The notes under the pieces are model-generated. The model saw only the letters and a program-made list of their open reading frames with translations. It had not been told where the DNA came from and ran no database searches. Below, one piece after another: positions 1 to 9,304 of a DNA stretch of 31,966 nt. Both the position numbers and the translations under genes were made by a program. Numbering within the stretch: position 1 is the stretch's first letter; each line of letters starts with the position of its first letter. The stretch is from the NCBI GenBank assembly GCA_964516825.1, contig CAZFAR010000002.1, forward strand, positions 1 through 31,966, read 5' to 3'. The stretch is from an uncultured Thermococci archaeon. Its GTDB lineage: Archaea; Methanobacteriota_B; Thermococci; Methanofastidiosales; SZ-28-30.

Positions 1-9
1 GAAGAGCCT

Positions 10-552
10 ATGTTATCATCCTCAAAGACGGATCATGAATTTTGTCCCAAAGCCGATGAAGCTGCAAAAGACTTCTTTCATAGACTGCAGACGCAGAGGC
101 CACTCTATCCCGAGGTATTCATTTCATACAGCCACCAGGATAGAGATTTTGCGCAAAGACTATCAAAGACGCTGAAAATGGCAGGAGTGCCCCTCTGGAT
201 AGACACTGAGGAAATAAGAATAGGTGATTCACTCATTGAAAAGATCAGAGAAGGAATAGATAGAGCAGAGTATGTCATTGCAATTATATCGAGAAGCTCA
301 GTAAATTCAGAGTGGGTAAGAAAAGAACTCGATATTGCAATGAATCAAGAAATAGAAAGAAAAAAAGTGAAAGTTCTGCCAGTGCTGCTGGAAAAGTGTG
401 ATTTGCCGGGCTTCTTAAAAGGTAAACTTTACGCAGATTTCACAGTGGAGGAGAATTATTACGCTGAATGTGAAAAGATTATTAGCGTTAAAAATCATAA
501 ATCAAACGCAATACTGCGATATAAACAAAAAAAGAGTAAAATACAAAAATAG
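10..552 (+). CDS. TIR domain-containing protein (TIR_2-like), probably 5'-truncated by the window edge
   Basis: VFISYSHQD...LWID.EEIRIGDSLIEKI.EGI...YVIAIIS..SVNSEWVRKEL matches the prokaryotic TIR pattern, with the conserved Glu in WVRKEL. The frame is open back to position 1 (GAA GAG CCT ATG). Confidence 0.85.
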   Translation: MLSSSKTDHEFCPKADEAAKDFFHRLQTQRPLYPEVFISYSHQDRDFAQRLSKTLKMAGVPLWIDTEEIRIGDSLIEKIREGIDRAEYVIAIISRSSVNSEWVRKELDIAMNQEIERKKVKVLPVLLEKCDLPGFLKGKLYADFTVEENYYAECEKIISVKNHKSNAILRYKQKKSKIQK

Positions 553-564
553 AAAAAAATAAAT

Positions 565-3500
565 CTATTGAAGATCTTCAAGTATACTCTTGTATATCTC
601 AATTGCTTTCAGGGCCCAGTAGACTGCGTCTGTATATTCTCTGTCGTCAAACAGGGCCTTCGCCTTGAGGAGATATGAATTTGCCAGTTCAAAGCGCTCC
701 AGTATATCCTCTGGAACCTCTTGTGAGTTGATGATTTCCTCCACCTGGTACTTCAATGCTGACGCATCTTTGATAGCCTGTCTGGCAAGCTCGCCCACGA
801 CACCCATCAGCGCTCCGCCTTGGGATTTGCCGCCATCTTGCGATTTTCCGCCTCCCTGTGTCGCGCTAAGCAGAGCGTTGACAACCAGAGTTACATTCTT
901 TGTATGGGTGATTCCGTGACCTGTACCTGATATGACCAGGGGATACGAGCCAACTGGAGTAGTGACTGCTGTGTTCACCGTCAAGACAGATGCCCCTGCT
1001 GGTACAACTGGGTTCACTGAGAAGTTTGCTGTCGCACCTGAAGGCAGTCCTGTTACTGAGAGCGTTACCGGATATGAGAATCCATTGATAGATCCTACAT
1101 TAATATTGTAGATTGCTGTACCTCCTTGAACCAGACTGTAACTTGAGGGGTCTACAGATAGTGAGAAATCTCCTGCTACATACAGTGTTACCACAACGTA
1201 GTGAGATTTTGCTCCTCCTGCAGCAGAGACAGTCAGAGTATAGTATCCCATGGGAGTATTCTGGGTAGCATACACGGTAAGAGTTGATGTAGCCGTAGTC
1301 TGAGTTGTAGTCAGTGATAGTGTTGATGGGTTGAATGTTGGTGCTGATTCACCATTTCCTGTAGGATGTCCTGATACTGCGAGGTTTATTGTTCCTGTAA
1401 ATCCATTGAGAGCCTGGACAGTTACCGTATACTGAGCACTTCCTCCTCCTGCTGCTATCTGCTTGTTTGGCGGGCTTACCGACAACGAGAAGTCTCCTTC
1501 TACTCCGGGTGGGGGCGCCTGGAATTCGAAGTCCACGTTTTCAGTTGTCATCCTGTAGTTGCATGGTACTGCATTGGCTCCAACGTATGGCTCATGAGCG
1601 AGTGTGCATCCTGTAGACGTCCCTGTTACGTGGTACATACCTGGATGCAGATGTTCTATCCTGTAGTTACCCGTGACATTTGTGGCAGTCTGAGATGAAA
1701 CCCATCCAAAGGTTGACGAGCCTTCATCTCCTCCAAATATCTGCGTTGCACTGATAGATGCTGCAGCACATCCAGAGTCTAGTGTTACTGCACCTGCTAT
1801 TGTACAGAGAGGATCCATTACAATAATGCCTAGAGAGGTTGGGTTTGTGCACTCCACTACTGCGTTGGCTACTGTAACAGCATATCCTGTTTTGAAGAAT
1901 ACCAGTGTCCATGCCCATGTGGAGCCTCCCACTATCTGGGCATCTGAAAATGGAACCTTGACGAACTCAAAGTTGCCGGTCGCATTCGTAGTAGTAGTGT
2001 AATCTGAGAGATTCCTGCCATACAGAGAATGCTCTATCCCTGTTGAATGCATATCAGATATTGTAACCTGCACTCCGCTCAAAGGAACACCAAATATGTC
2101 TTGAACCTGTCCTGAAATCGTGCTCGTGCACCTTTTCAGATTCATGGTAGGTGCCTTTGTTTCAACACCAGCAATGACCAAGAGCGGACCTCGTGTAGCT
2201 GTCTCATAGGAGTTTGATCCTACATTTCTTGTAGCATGGACGTAAAGGCTCTGTGAAAAGATATCCACGAACAAGTAGTATCCCTCGCTATCAGTGTAGG
2301 TGATGTTTCCCGCAGGATTCAGCCATACTTTTGCATCGCAGAAACCGTCAGTGAGTTCCAGAGTCACATATCCTGATATACTCCCTGTAATCGGAGGTCC
2401 CACAAGTGCGTACAATCCAAATACACCAGTCCAGTTTGCTCTGAACGGAACACCCCAGAGCCACCAGGACCCCAGATTTATCGTCTGGTGAGTATCCTGA
2501 TAAAGTCTTCTCCCGTAGCCGTATCTGTACGCAGAACCTGTGTGAGTTCCTGTAGGTACATTCAGGATCGTGTAGTAGCCCATCGTGTCTGTCGTAGCTA
2601 CGTGCTTTCCTGAAACCTCTACTGCTGCATCTTCAAGGGGCGACCCCAATGAATCCTGGACATAACCATCTACCCGTCCTTTCTTCTTGTAGCGAACAAC
2701 GTTGTCAGCAGTACTCAAGGGTTGATTCACAGTCACTGGTTTCCCATGGCCTGGGTTACTCTCCAGAGTGAACGTGGTCCAGTAATCTATGCCACATTCT
2801 CCGCCTCCACATATCTTCAGAATGTAACTCCCGTATTCTACATCAGCGAATATGTAGAACCCATTCGTATCTGTTTCGTCTATAGTCTCGATAGGCAGAT
2901 AGATACTCACCTGTGCTCCTGAAACATCATATCCGTCTTCATTCACTACTCTTCCCTTGAGAGCTCCTCTGAACCTTGACATGGGAAATACTGTTGCTCC
3001 TGATGTTCCTGGTGCTCCTGGTACGAAGTTCATGACAGCTAATGGAGCTACATCTGGATTCGCAGCACTTATGTACCCAGACTTTTGAGCACCCAATGTG
3101 GTCGTGAAGATCAGCGGGGGCAAGGATATGTTCTGGATTATGTAGAATCCGTAGGTATCCGTGTATGCTGAGAATCCACCGTATGAGGTTTCCACCAGCA
3201 CGTCCTTGATGCCCTCTCCTGGGTCGAACTGTCCTCCATATGCAGATCCTGGAACATAAGGTGTGTCATCAATGATGTTACCACCACTCTGCCGTACTCT
3301 GTTGGAATACACAAAGCCAGTCACGAAAAGCCCCGGCGGTGTAGAAGGCAATACAATATTTCTTATGGTCACAAGATCCCACTGGACTGCAATTCCTCTA
3401 GACGTTTGAAGTATAGTCCTCAAGATATCTATTGCTGCTGCATCGTAACTCCCCACAGGGACTTCATGCGTCTCATACCATCCATTGCTGTCGAGAGGAA

Positions 3501-5301
3501 CCTCTCTTCCAGCGACGAAGACAAATCCTAATGTGACTGGTGCCCCAGTGTTAGTGAGAACCTGTCCCTTGAGTATTCCTGTGTGTGGAACGAGTCTCAG
3601 ATAGTTGACACACACATCACAGGGGTCGTCAGGATATTCAGAACCTGGTGGAATTCCAAGACCTGGTCCTCCAGGTACAGGTATGTAGTACTCCATGGTC
3701 TTCCAGTAATCAGGCTTGTGAGCTACTATGACGAACTTCGCTTTGTACATCCTTCTCGGCTGTTCTGACTCTGGTTGTGGTAATGGATCAACGACGTTGA
3801 CCTGGAAATCATCGAAGAGTCCGCAGTAACTGATCTCGTCAGCCCGTATGTCCATGAGACAGTTCTCAGAATATGTTTCTGAAGGAAGCTTGAGTACGAA
3901 GTAACCATGTGTGTCTGTAGTTGTTGTTATAGCAGAGTTCGGAACATATACGGTTGCACCCTGAATTCCAATGCCATCTGTATTGACCACCCTTCCAAAC
4001 TTGTAGTCATAGTTCTCCTCAAGCATGAAGTCTGCCCTTGATTCACGTCCTTGAACTACATGCACGATGCGTGCATTGGTCTTGTGGTGGTTGTCCCATT
4101 CGTCAGGAACATACCCTGCCTCATTTCTGACGACTACGTAATATTTCTCAGAATTCTGCCCTGGTGTCAGCACAGGATGAGGATCGTAGGTTCCAAAAGG
4201 ATCATCGTAGTTAGCGAATATGTAGTAGCCAGCCTTGTCTGTAAACAAGGGACCCGGTACTGTTGGAGGAACAGGCATTCCTCCTACCATTATCCACCAC
4301 TCATACCCTGCTCCAGGAATTTCGACTACAGCATTCTCGATTGCCCTGGTTCCATCTGTAACAGTGCCGTGAATGTAGCTCGGTGGGAGCTGGGGTTGGA
4401 TGAGCTCAAAGGGATTCAGCATCGTAGCTCCCGCACTTCCTGGTGAAACGCAGACGAACTGGACACCTATCTCGTAACCGTTCATTCTTGCTGTTACGTA
4501 GTACCATCCAGCAGGTATGCCCTCTATGAGATATGATCCATTTGCAGTCGTTATTGTACTGAGGCCAAGACCTGGTACCTGTACCAGAGCTCCTACTATC
4601 GGAGCTAACACTGCATCCAGAACGAAACCTGAAATTCTCCCATAGTCGTAGCTGACTCCTGTGAAATTGATGTATTCTGTAGTATGCCAGTTGTACAGAC
4701 TGCCGCCAAAGTTCCTTCCATCCACCCTTACATTGAACCTCCACTGGTCAAGAAATTCTACCTTTGTGCACAGGATGTCATAGGTCCCTGGTGGAATTTT
4801 TGTCAGAACGTAATTACCATAAAGATCTGTCAGAGCTGTACCCACTGGCACGGCTGGAGGACCTGCTCCTGGTGTGTACGCTTCTATGTGAGCGCCAACG
4901 ATGGGTGTCCCGTCTGCTTTTATGACTCTTCCTGTTACAGACTCAAAGGGAATCAAGCCGAAGTTCACTGTCACATTCGCTCCCATGACAGTGACATTTC
5001 GTGTGTACACCTTGTAACCAGGCATCCTCACGATGATGCAGTGGTATCCGTCTTGGACATTCAGAAAATTGTAGAATCCGACTAGAGTGACAGTTGATGG
5101 ACCTACTGGATAATTGAGAAAGACATCAGCCCCAGTAAGAGGGGGTTCTCCAACATCCTGCACTCCGTTCATGTTGGTATCTTCGTAGACTGTTCCAGAG
5201 ATAGTGAACTGTGCCTGTACCTCGTTGATATTGAGAATGAATAGACTTCCCAGTAAGAGTATTCCTAAAGTCAGCGCCATACCTTTTTTCCTTTGTGCCA
5301 T
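565..5301 (-). CDS. Secreted 1578-aa multi-domain protein with repeated carboxypeptidase-regulatory-like/SdrD-B-like beta-sandwich modules, C-terminal Ig-like modules and a final helical domain
   Basis: Signal peptide MAQRKKGMALTLGILLLGSLFILNINEVQA. Repeated 'ISG.V.D..G.PI.GA.V......TTT..NG.Y.I..IP.G.Y.V.A' modules. Two 'GDFSLSV.P.S..(L/I)..GG.A.Y.(V/I).V..(L/I)NGF' modules. AGGAGG SD upstream. Confidence 0.8.
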   Translation of the reverse strand: MAQRKKGMALTLGILLLGSLFILNINEVQAQFTISGTVYEDTNMNGVQDVGEPPLTGADVFLNYPVGPSTVTLVGFYNFLNVQDGYHCIIVRMPGYKVYTRNVTVMGANVTVNFGLIPFESVTGRVIKADGTPIVGAHIEAYTPGAGPPAVPVGTALTDLYGNYVLTKIPPGTYDILCTKVEFLDQWRFNVRVDGRNFGGSLYNWHTTEYINFTGVSYDYGRISGFVLDAVLAPIVGALVQVPGLGLSTITTANGSYLIEGIPAGWYYVTARMNGYEIGVQFVCVSPGSAGATMLNPFELIQPQLPPSYIHGTVTDGTRAIENAVVEIPGAGYEWWIMVGGMPVPPTVPGPLFTDKAGYYIFANYDDPFGTYDPHPVLTPGQNSEKYYVVVRNEAGYVPDEWDNHHKTNARIVHVVQGRESRADFMLEENYDYKFGRVVNTDGIGIQGATVYVPNSAITTTTDTHGYFVLKLPSETYSENCLMDIRADEISYCGLFDDFQVNVVDPLPQPESEQPRRMYKAKFVIVAHKPDYWKTMEYYIPVPGGPGLGIPPGSEYPDDPCDVCVNYLRLVPHTGILKGQVLTNTGAPVTLGFVFVAGREVPLDSNGWYETHEVPVGSYDAAAIDILRTILQTSRGIAVQWDLVTIRNIVLPSTPPGLFVTGFVYSNRVRQSGGNIIDDTPYVPGSAYGGQFDPGEGIKDVLVETSYGGFSAYTDTYGFYIIQNISLPPLIFTTTLGAQKSGYISAANPDVAPLAVMNFVPGAPGTSGATVFPMSRFRGALKGRVVNEDGYDVSGAQVSIYLPIETIDETDTNGFYIFADVEYGSYILKICGGGECGIDYWTTFTLESNPGHGKPVTVNQPLSTADNVVRYKKKGRVDGYVQDSLGSPLEDAAVEVSGKHVATTDTMGYYTILNVPTGTHTGSAYRYGYGRRLYQDTHQTINLGSWWLWGVPFRANWTGVFGLYALVGPPITGSISGYVTLELTDGFCDAKVWLNPAGNITYTDSEGYYLFVDIFSQSLYVHATRNVGSNSYETATRGPLLVIAGVETKAPTMNLKRCTSTISGQVQDIFGVPLSGVQVTISDMHSTGIEHSLYGRNLSDYTTTTNATGNFEFVKVPFSDAQIVGGSTWAWTLVFFKTGYAVTVANAVVECTNPTSLGIIVMDPLCTIAGAVTLDSGCAAASISATQIFGGDEGSSTFGWVSSQTATNVTGNYRIEHLHPGMYHVTGTSTGCTLAHEPYVGANAVPCNYRMTTENVDFEFQAPPPGVEGDFSLSVSPPNKQIAAGGGSAQYTVTVQALNGFTGTINLAVSGHPTGNGESAPTFNPSTLSLTTTQTTATSTLTVYATQNTPMGYYTLTVSAAGGAKSHYVVVTLYVAGDFSLSVDPSSYSLVQGGTAIYNINVGSINGFSYPVTLSVTGLPSGATANFSVNPVVPAGASVLTVNTAVTTPVGSYPLVISGTGHGITHTKNVTLVVNALLSATQGGGKSQDGGKSQGGALMGVVGELARQAIKDASALKYQVEEIINSQEVPEDILERFELANSYLLKAKALFDDREYTDAVYWALKAIEIYKSILEDLQ

Positions 5302-5411
5302 ATCTCTTTCCTCCTGTTATATGAGTTGATCCCTGATGATCAGAGAACTGATCTTTTAACCTCTTTTGGACTGCAAGCCCAATTGAAGCTTTTAAATCTT
5401 ATGTTCCTATT

Positions 5412-5428
5412 CCTTTATATACTTTTCG
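5412..5428 (-). promoter_or_regulatory. BRE-TATA promoter for the 1578-aa gene
   Basis: Minus strand reads CGAAAAGTATATAAAGG, about 110 bp upstream of the ATG at 5301. Confidence 0.7.
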
Positions 5429-5499
5429 CTTAAGAAAGCTATTTTGTAGGTTTTCCATACATATGAAGAAAGATTTTAGCAGATTTGTTTTTTGTTTTC

Positions 5500-5544
5500 C
5501 TACTATTATAGTAGTTGCTTTTTACTTTACTACTATTATGATAG
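5500..5544. promoter_or_regulatory. Two copies of a near-palindromic operator-like motif CTACTATTATAGTAG / CTACTATTATGATAG
   Basis: Copies at 5500-5514 and 5530-5544, 30 bp apart, both followed by TTGCTT. A related copy lies at 8798-8812. Confidence 0.5.
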
Positions 5545-5637
5545 TTGCTTCATTGAAAGAAGGTATTTCTGAGGTATAGAGTGTATAAGAAATGAAAAAT
5601 GAATAGAAAATGAAATAGATAAAAAAAGGAAAAAGAA

Positions 5638-8472
5638 TCAAACAATGTAGAAGACAGTATTTGATGTAGCTCCTGTGTTATATGGGCTTCCCCTGTAGAC
5701 TGCATAGGCGGAGTGTGGCCCTCGTACTGGTGTGATCCGCAGTGTGGCATAACCATATCTGTTTGTAGTCACTGAGGTCAGGTAGATATTATCCTGATAG
5801 AATGCAATGTTGCACCCTGACAATGGTCTTCCAGCAGAATTGGTAAGGTAAGCTGTCAGGATTATGACGCTTCCCTGCTTGGCGTAGGAAAGAGTCAGGT
5901 TTGCTCCTGATCCTCCCTGGATTGTGAACCTCCAAATTGCAGAATACTGACCACTGCAGGCTCCTTCAGATCTGACTCTCCAGTACCACGTACCACTTGG
6001 AAGGTTCTGAGGTAGCACATAGGCTGTCGCAACTATTCCTGGGTAGGTGAAAGTATTTGCAGTATTGAAGTACCCGGAATCAGATACCTGCAGAGTGTAT
6101 GATGCTGCTGTACCAATCCATGAGAAGGCTACAGGCTGGCTCGAGACTGTGCTGTTGTTTGCAGGAGACAGCAAACTAGGTACTGTACAGACACCCTGAA
6201 CTGTTACTGTATTCGAGGTCGTTACTGGAGACGAGACAGGAGTACCTGTTCCTGAATCTATACCTGAAGCATTTCCGGTAAAACTCAGTGTCCCGTTGCT
6301 TGCTCCTGAATTTGCTGTATACACCCAGATGTAGTTCTGTGAACCAGCTGCTGGAATATTTGCAGAAGCAGGTATTGGTCCAGAAACCAGAGCAGCAGAA
6401 GCTGTTCCTGCAGTATTCACTGTCAATGCTGATGGAGTGACACCGTTAGCCTGTGTCCCCCCAGTATTCTGAACATTCATCGTCACTGTTATCTGCTGTC
6501 CTGAACTCACTGTTGGAGGAGCAGCTGAAATCGATGATACCAGAGCTGAAGGTATTACAGGAGCCGCGAGCGTGAGAGAAGGATCACCATACAGGTTGAA
6601 GTCAAAAAGGTTCATCCATCCCACCCATCCCCAGGGATTGGCCAGAGCATTCTTGCCGTCATACAACGCTTTTCCTGCAGATTCTCCGCTGTTGACCAGA
6701 TGATCTGCATACTCGTACCCGATACCTGCATTGTCAATTATTCCCCAGTTCGACCAGGTAGCCACTGCATACCAGCTTATCCGCGATGCACTCACCGTAC
6801 AGATAGCACCTCTCTTGAGCAGTGCATATCCCAGATTGTTTGGGTTCTCAGGATATCCATTCAGACATGAACAAAGGTAGGCAAAGGTATCAGCATCAAT
6901 CACAGCTCCCGTATCACCGGAAGTGAAGAAAGCAGGTGTAGACAGTTCATCACCTGATGCCCCGCAAAACCAATCTTCTACAACGTTATCACCATCATCT
7001 GCTGCATCTCCCCAGTACTTTCTGTATGCGCCAGTTTGATTCCCATGACCCCACCAGAAGACAATGCCATAGTCATTTGACCACTGGCCAACAACATTTG
7101 CGTTGGTGAGGGGTCCATCATATCCATAAGCAGTCACAGGGACAGGATCATGACCTCTGCCTGTGAAGCCTGAACGTTCGTACATCACGTAGTCAGACCA
7201 CCCATTGGGGCCTGCTATGTTCACAATAACATACTGGGGAAGATCCAACCCATCAGTCCTGATATCGCCATCAGAACATGAATTGCCCTGATTGTGCTCA
7301 TCCTGGTAGTTTGAGATTGCCATTGGAAGCATGATGCTCTGGTTTGCACCATTGTAGTTGATGAATTTGTTTAGAATACTATCCAGGGTAGCGTAGTCTG
7401 ACCCATAGACAGGTACCCTTCCTACGTACACTTCTGGTCCAAAATCCACAGCATCCTGTCCGAACTCTCCATAGAAACCATCACCATCTGAATCCCAGTT
7501 CCCTGTCAGATCAGAGTAGAAGTAGTCAGTAGGGGTTTGATCTGCAGCACTTCCAGGATTAGGCCAGCACATCATCATTGGAACATCCCCGAAACTATCG
7601 CCTGCATTTGCAGGATCATCTGGGTCAGGGTCTCCAATCAGGAGAGCATACTGAAGCTGCAGACTGACGTAGTTTGAAGCCAGCCAGCTCCGAATGTTTA
7701 TCGCCCTCTGCTGCCCTGTAGGTGGACCGTACTGAGTTTCTGTTATTATAGTCACAGTAAACCCTCTCGCCTGCAAATAGGTCACAAAACTGCCCAGGCT
7801 TGAACTTCCACTTAAAATAGCGTTTGTCGTGATGATAGCATATCCTGTCCAGCCTGGAGGAGGAGCTCCTAGTGCCATGGAGAGTCCCTTATTCCATGAA
7901 ATCCCGATTCTCACCTCACGAGTGAGCTGCAATTTCTTAGTAACAGGATTGTACTGCAGTGGTGTAAACTGTATTCTCACCACTTTTCTGTTTCTCTCCT
8001 GATATACCCGTGATATCTCCACTGGAGTTGATGGATAGAATTCATCCTTTCCGTAGATTGCAGTATTCTTTCCCTGGACTATGGTTCCACCATCAGAAGA
8101 TGAAAGTGATCCTGTAGCTGGCAGAGGGGCTGGTGCAATCTCATACTCGCCTGGAAGTATCTCAGAAGTTGCAGAAAGAATCTCCATTTGTACAGTCTCC
8201 AGCTGTGCATCAATGGACAGCTCTACATCGTACGTCTTCTGAGGCAGTTCGGGAGCACCTGGAAGTCCCCTTGTGTAAAACCCTTCCATCTTGACCCTGT
8301 CATACCCACGGATGTTTTCAATAGTATAGGGAGAAGAAACAAGCTTTAGATACTGCGTCCCCGTTTTTCCAGTCCAGCTCGGAGGCTGCGGAGTCGACAT
8401 TATGGGAAGTCCCAGCAGAGAAAGACACAGAATTGCACAGAAAATATAAGAGAAGAACTTTCTAGTCACCAT
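5638..8472 (-). CDS. Secreted gingipain-family (peptidase C25) cysteine protease with propeptide and C-terminal Ig-like domains
   Basis: Signal peptide; C25 propeptide-like GLPGAPELPQKTYDV...YNPV; catalytic-domain motifs YALLIGD, PTDYFYSDL, EVYVGRVP, WWGHG (His), CSCLNG (Cys), FNLYGDPSL. Confidence 0.9.
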   Translation of the reverse strand: MVTRKFFSYIFCAILCLSLLGLPIMSTPQPPSWTGKTGTQYLKLVSSPYTIENIRGYDRVKMEGFYTRGLPGAPELPQKTYDVELSIDAQLETVQMEILSATSEILPGEYEIAPAPLPATGSLSSSDGGTIVQGKNTAIYGKDEFYPSTPVEISRVYQERNRKVVRIQFTPLQYNPVTKKLQLTREVRIGISWNKGLSMALGAPPPGWTGYAIITTNAILSGSSSLGSFVTYLQARGFTVTIITETQYGPPTGQQRAINIRSWLASNYVSLQLQYALLIGDPDPDDPANAGDSFGDVPMMMCWPNPGSAADQTPTDYFYSDLTGNWDSDGDGFYGEFGQDAVDFGPEVYVGRVPVYGSDYATLDSILNKFINYNGANQSIMLPMAISNYQDEHNQGNSCSDGDIRTDGLDLPQYVIVNIAGPNGWSDYVMYERSGFTGRGHDPVPVTAYGYDGPLTNANVVGQWSNDYGIVFWWGHGNQTGAYRKYWGDAADDGDNVVEDWFCGASGDELSTPAFFTSGDTGAVIDADTFAYLCSCLNGYPENPNNLGYALLKRGAICTVSASRISWYAVATWSNWGIIDNAGIGYEYADHLVNSGESAGKALYDGKNALANPWGWVGWMNLFDFNLYGDPSLTLAAPVIPSALVSSISAAPPTVSSGQQITVTMNVQNTGGTQANGVTPSALTVNTAGTASAALVSGPIPASANIPAAGSQNYIWVYTANSGASNGTLSFTGNASGIDSGTGTPVSSPVTTSNTVTVQGVCTVPSLLSPANNSTVSSQPVAFSWIGTAASYTLQVSDSGYFNTANTFTYPGIVATAYVLPQNLPSGTWYWRVRSEGACSGQYSAIWRFTIQGGSGANLTLSYAKQGSVIILTAYLTNSAGRPLSGCNIAFYQDNIYLTSVTTNRYGYATLRITPVRGPHSAYAVYRGSPYNTGATSNTVFYIV

Positions 8473-8473
8473 T

Positions 8474-8611
8474 TCAATGCACCTCCTTGTCCTGGCATCT
8501 TTTTGTCCTCATTCCTGACACTGTTTTGTCTCCAGCATCACGTATCAATTTCATCTGTTTCTTTTCTGCATTTTTTTCCACTTTCAATGCAGTTCGAATT
8601 CTTTTCGTCAC
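8474..8611 (-). CDS. Possible 45-aa basic leader ORF (MTKRIRTALKVEKNAEKKQMKLIRDAGDKTVSGMRTKRCQDKEVH), not in the ORF track
   Basis: AGGAGGT SD 6 nt before a GTG. The TGA stop lies 1 nt before the C25 ATG, and the ORF sits between the promoter and the protease gene. Confidence 0.4.
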   Translation of the reverse strand: MTKRIRTALKVEKNAEKKQMKLIRDAGDKTVSGMRTKRCQDKEVH

Positions 8612-8721
8612 AGAGATACCTCCTTTCCTCAAAATTCTTTCAAACCATCAGACATGTTTACTGATGATCTTCTTTGTTATTTTGAGCTTTTCATTAACTC
8701 TAACAACTAGATAATTACCTG

Positions 8722-8737
8722 TATTTAAACTTTTTGG
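8722..8737 (-). promoter_or_regulatory. BRE-TATA promoter for the C25 peptidase unit
   Basis: Minus strand reads CCAAAAAGTTTAAATA. Confidence 0.6.
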
Positions 8738-8797
8738 TTGATTAAAGGCAAAAATGGGCTCAGAAATATTTTGTATAAATGCTCTTTTTGTAATTTA

Positions 8798-8812
8798 CTA
8801 CTATAATAGTAA
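8798..8812. promoter_or_regulatory. Near-palindromic motif CTACTATAATAGTAA, third copy of the 5500 motif
   Basis: The reverse complement TTACTATTATAGTAG matches the 5500-5514 copy at 14/15 positions and lies a similar distance upstream of a TATA box. Confidence 0.5.
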
Positions 8813-8925
8813 CTAAATTGTTAAGATATCTTTTGAGAGCAGCCTTTCACAGCATTCAGCACTCAACCAAAGTTCTTATTTGAATAGTAGCTTTATTTGA
8901 AACGAATGAGATCTGTTCCCAGAGA

Positions 8926-8941
8926 TGTTACACGTGTAACA
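8926..8941. repeat. 16-bp perfect palindrome TGTTACACGTGTAACA (parS-like), copy 1
   Basis: Read directly; identical copies at 11215 and 30256, one-mismatch copy at 12173. Confidence 0.9.
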
Positions 8942-9038
8942 ATTCCTAGTCTGAAGCTGCAGTCAAAATGTAAGAAAGCTGCAGATAGGTCGGCAAGAAT
9001 TGGTGAAGTGATCCTGAGGCTTTTCCAGTCCTTCGACA

Positions 9039-9209
9039 TCATGCTCGTCCAGAGGCTTGCTCTACGATCATACTGTCTTCAGATTCCTCGAGAACAAAAA
9101 TCACCTTTTCCAGGAAATCCTGCCATGTGGCGCAGCGCAGCTTTCCTTTCCACTCTACAACCTTGAAGTAGAGATTATCTGGTATGTTCTTGAATGTTAT
9201 ATTTTTCAT
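9039..9209 (-). CDS. 56-aa ribbon-helix-helix-like DNA-binding protein, not in the ORF track (MKNITFKNIPDNLYFKVVEWKGKLRCATWQDFLEKVIFVLEESEDSMIVEQASGRA)
   Basis: Hand-translated. GAGGT SD and its own promoter at 9305-9322. An alternating beta-strand (KNITFKNI) + PD turn + two amphipathic helices, as in Arc/CopG/FitA-type RHH proteins. Confidence 0.7.
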   Translation of the reverse strand: MKNITFKNIPDNLYFKVVEWKGKLRCATWQDFLEKVIFVLEESEDSMIVEQASGRA

Positions 9210-9304
9210 GTTTTACCTCTTCTTGTCCGGTATGTTCATGCCAAGGAAAATATCACTTTCCTTAACATTCCACCTTTGCATGCTTTAACACTTTTAACAA
9301 TTAT

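Noticed and set aside
1624-1637. TGTTACGTGGTACA as a fifth parS-like site
   Set aside because: It is two bases short, imperfect, and lies inside coding sequence.
8893-9042. 49-aa minus-strand ORF (MMSKDWKSLR…) overlapping the RHH stop by ATGA
   Set aside because: No SD of its own and no recognisable motif; it runs through palindrome copy 1. Possible but unsupported.
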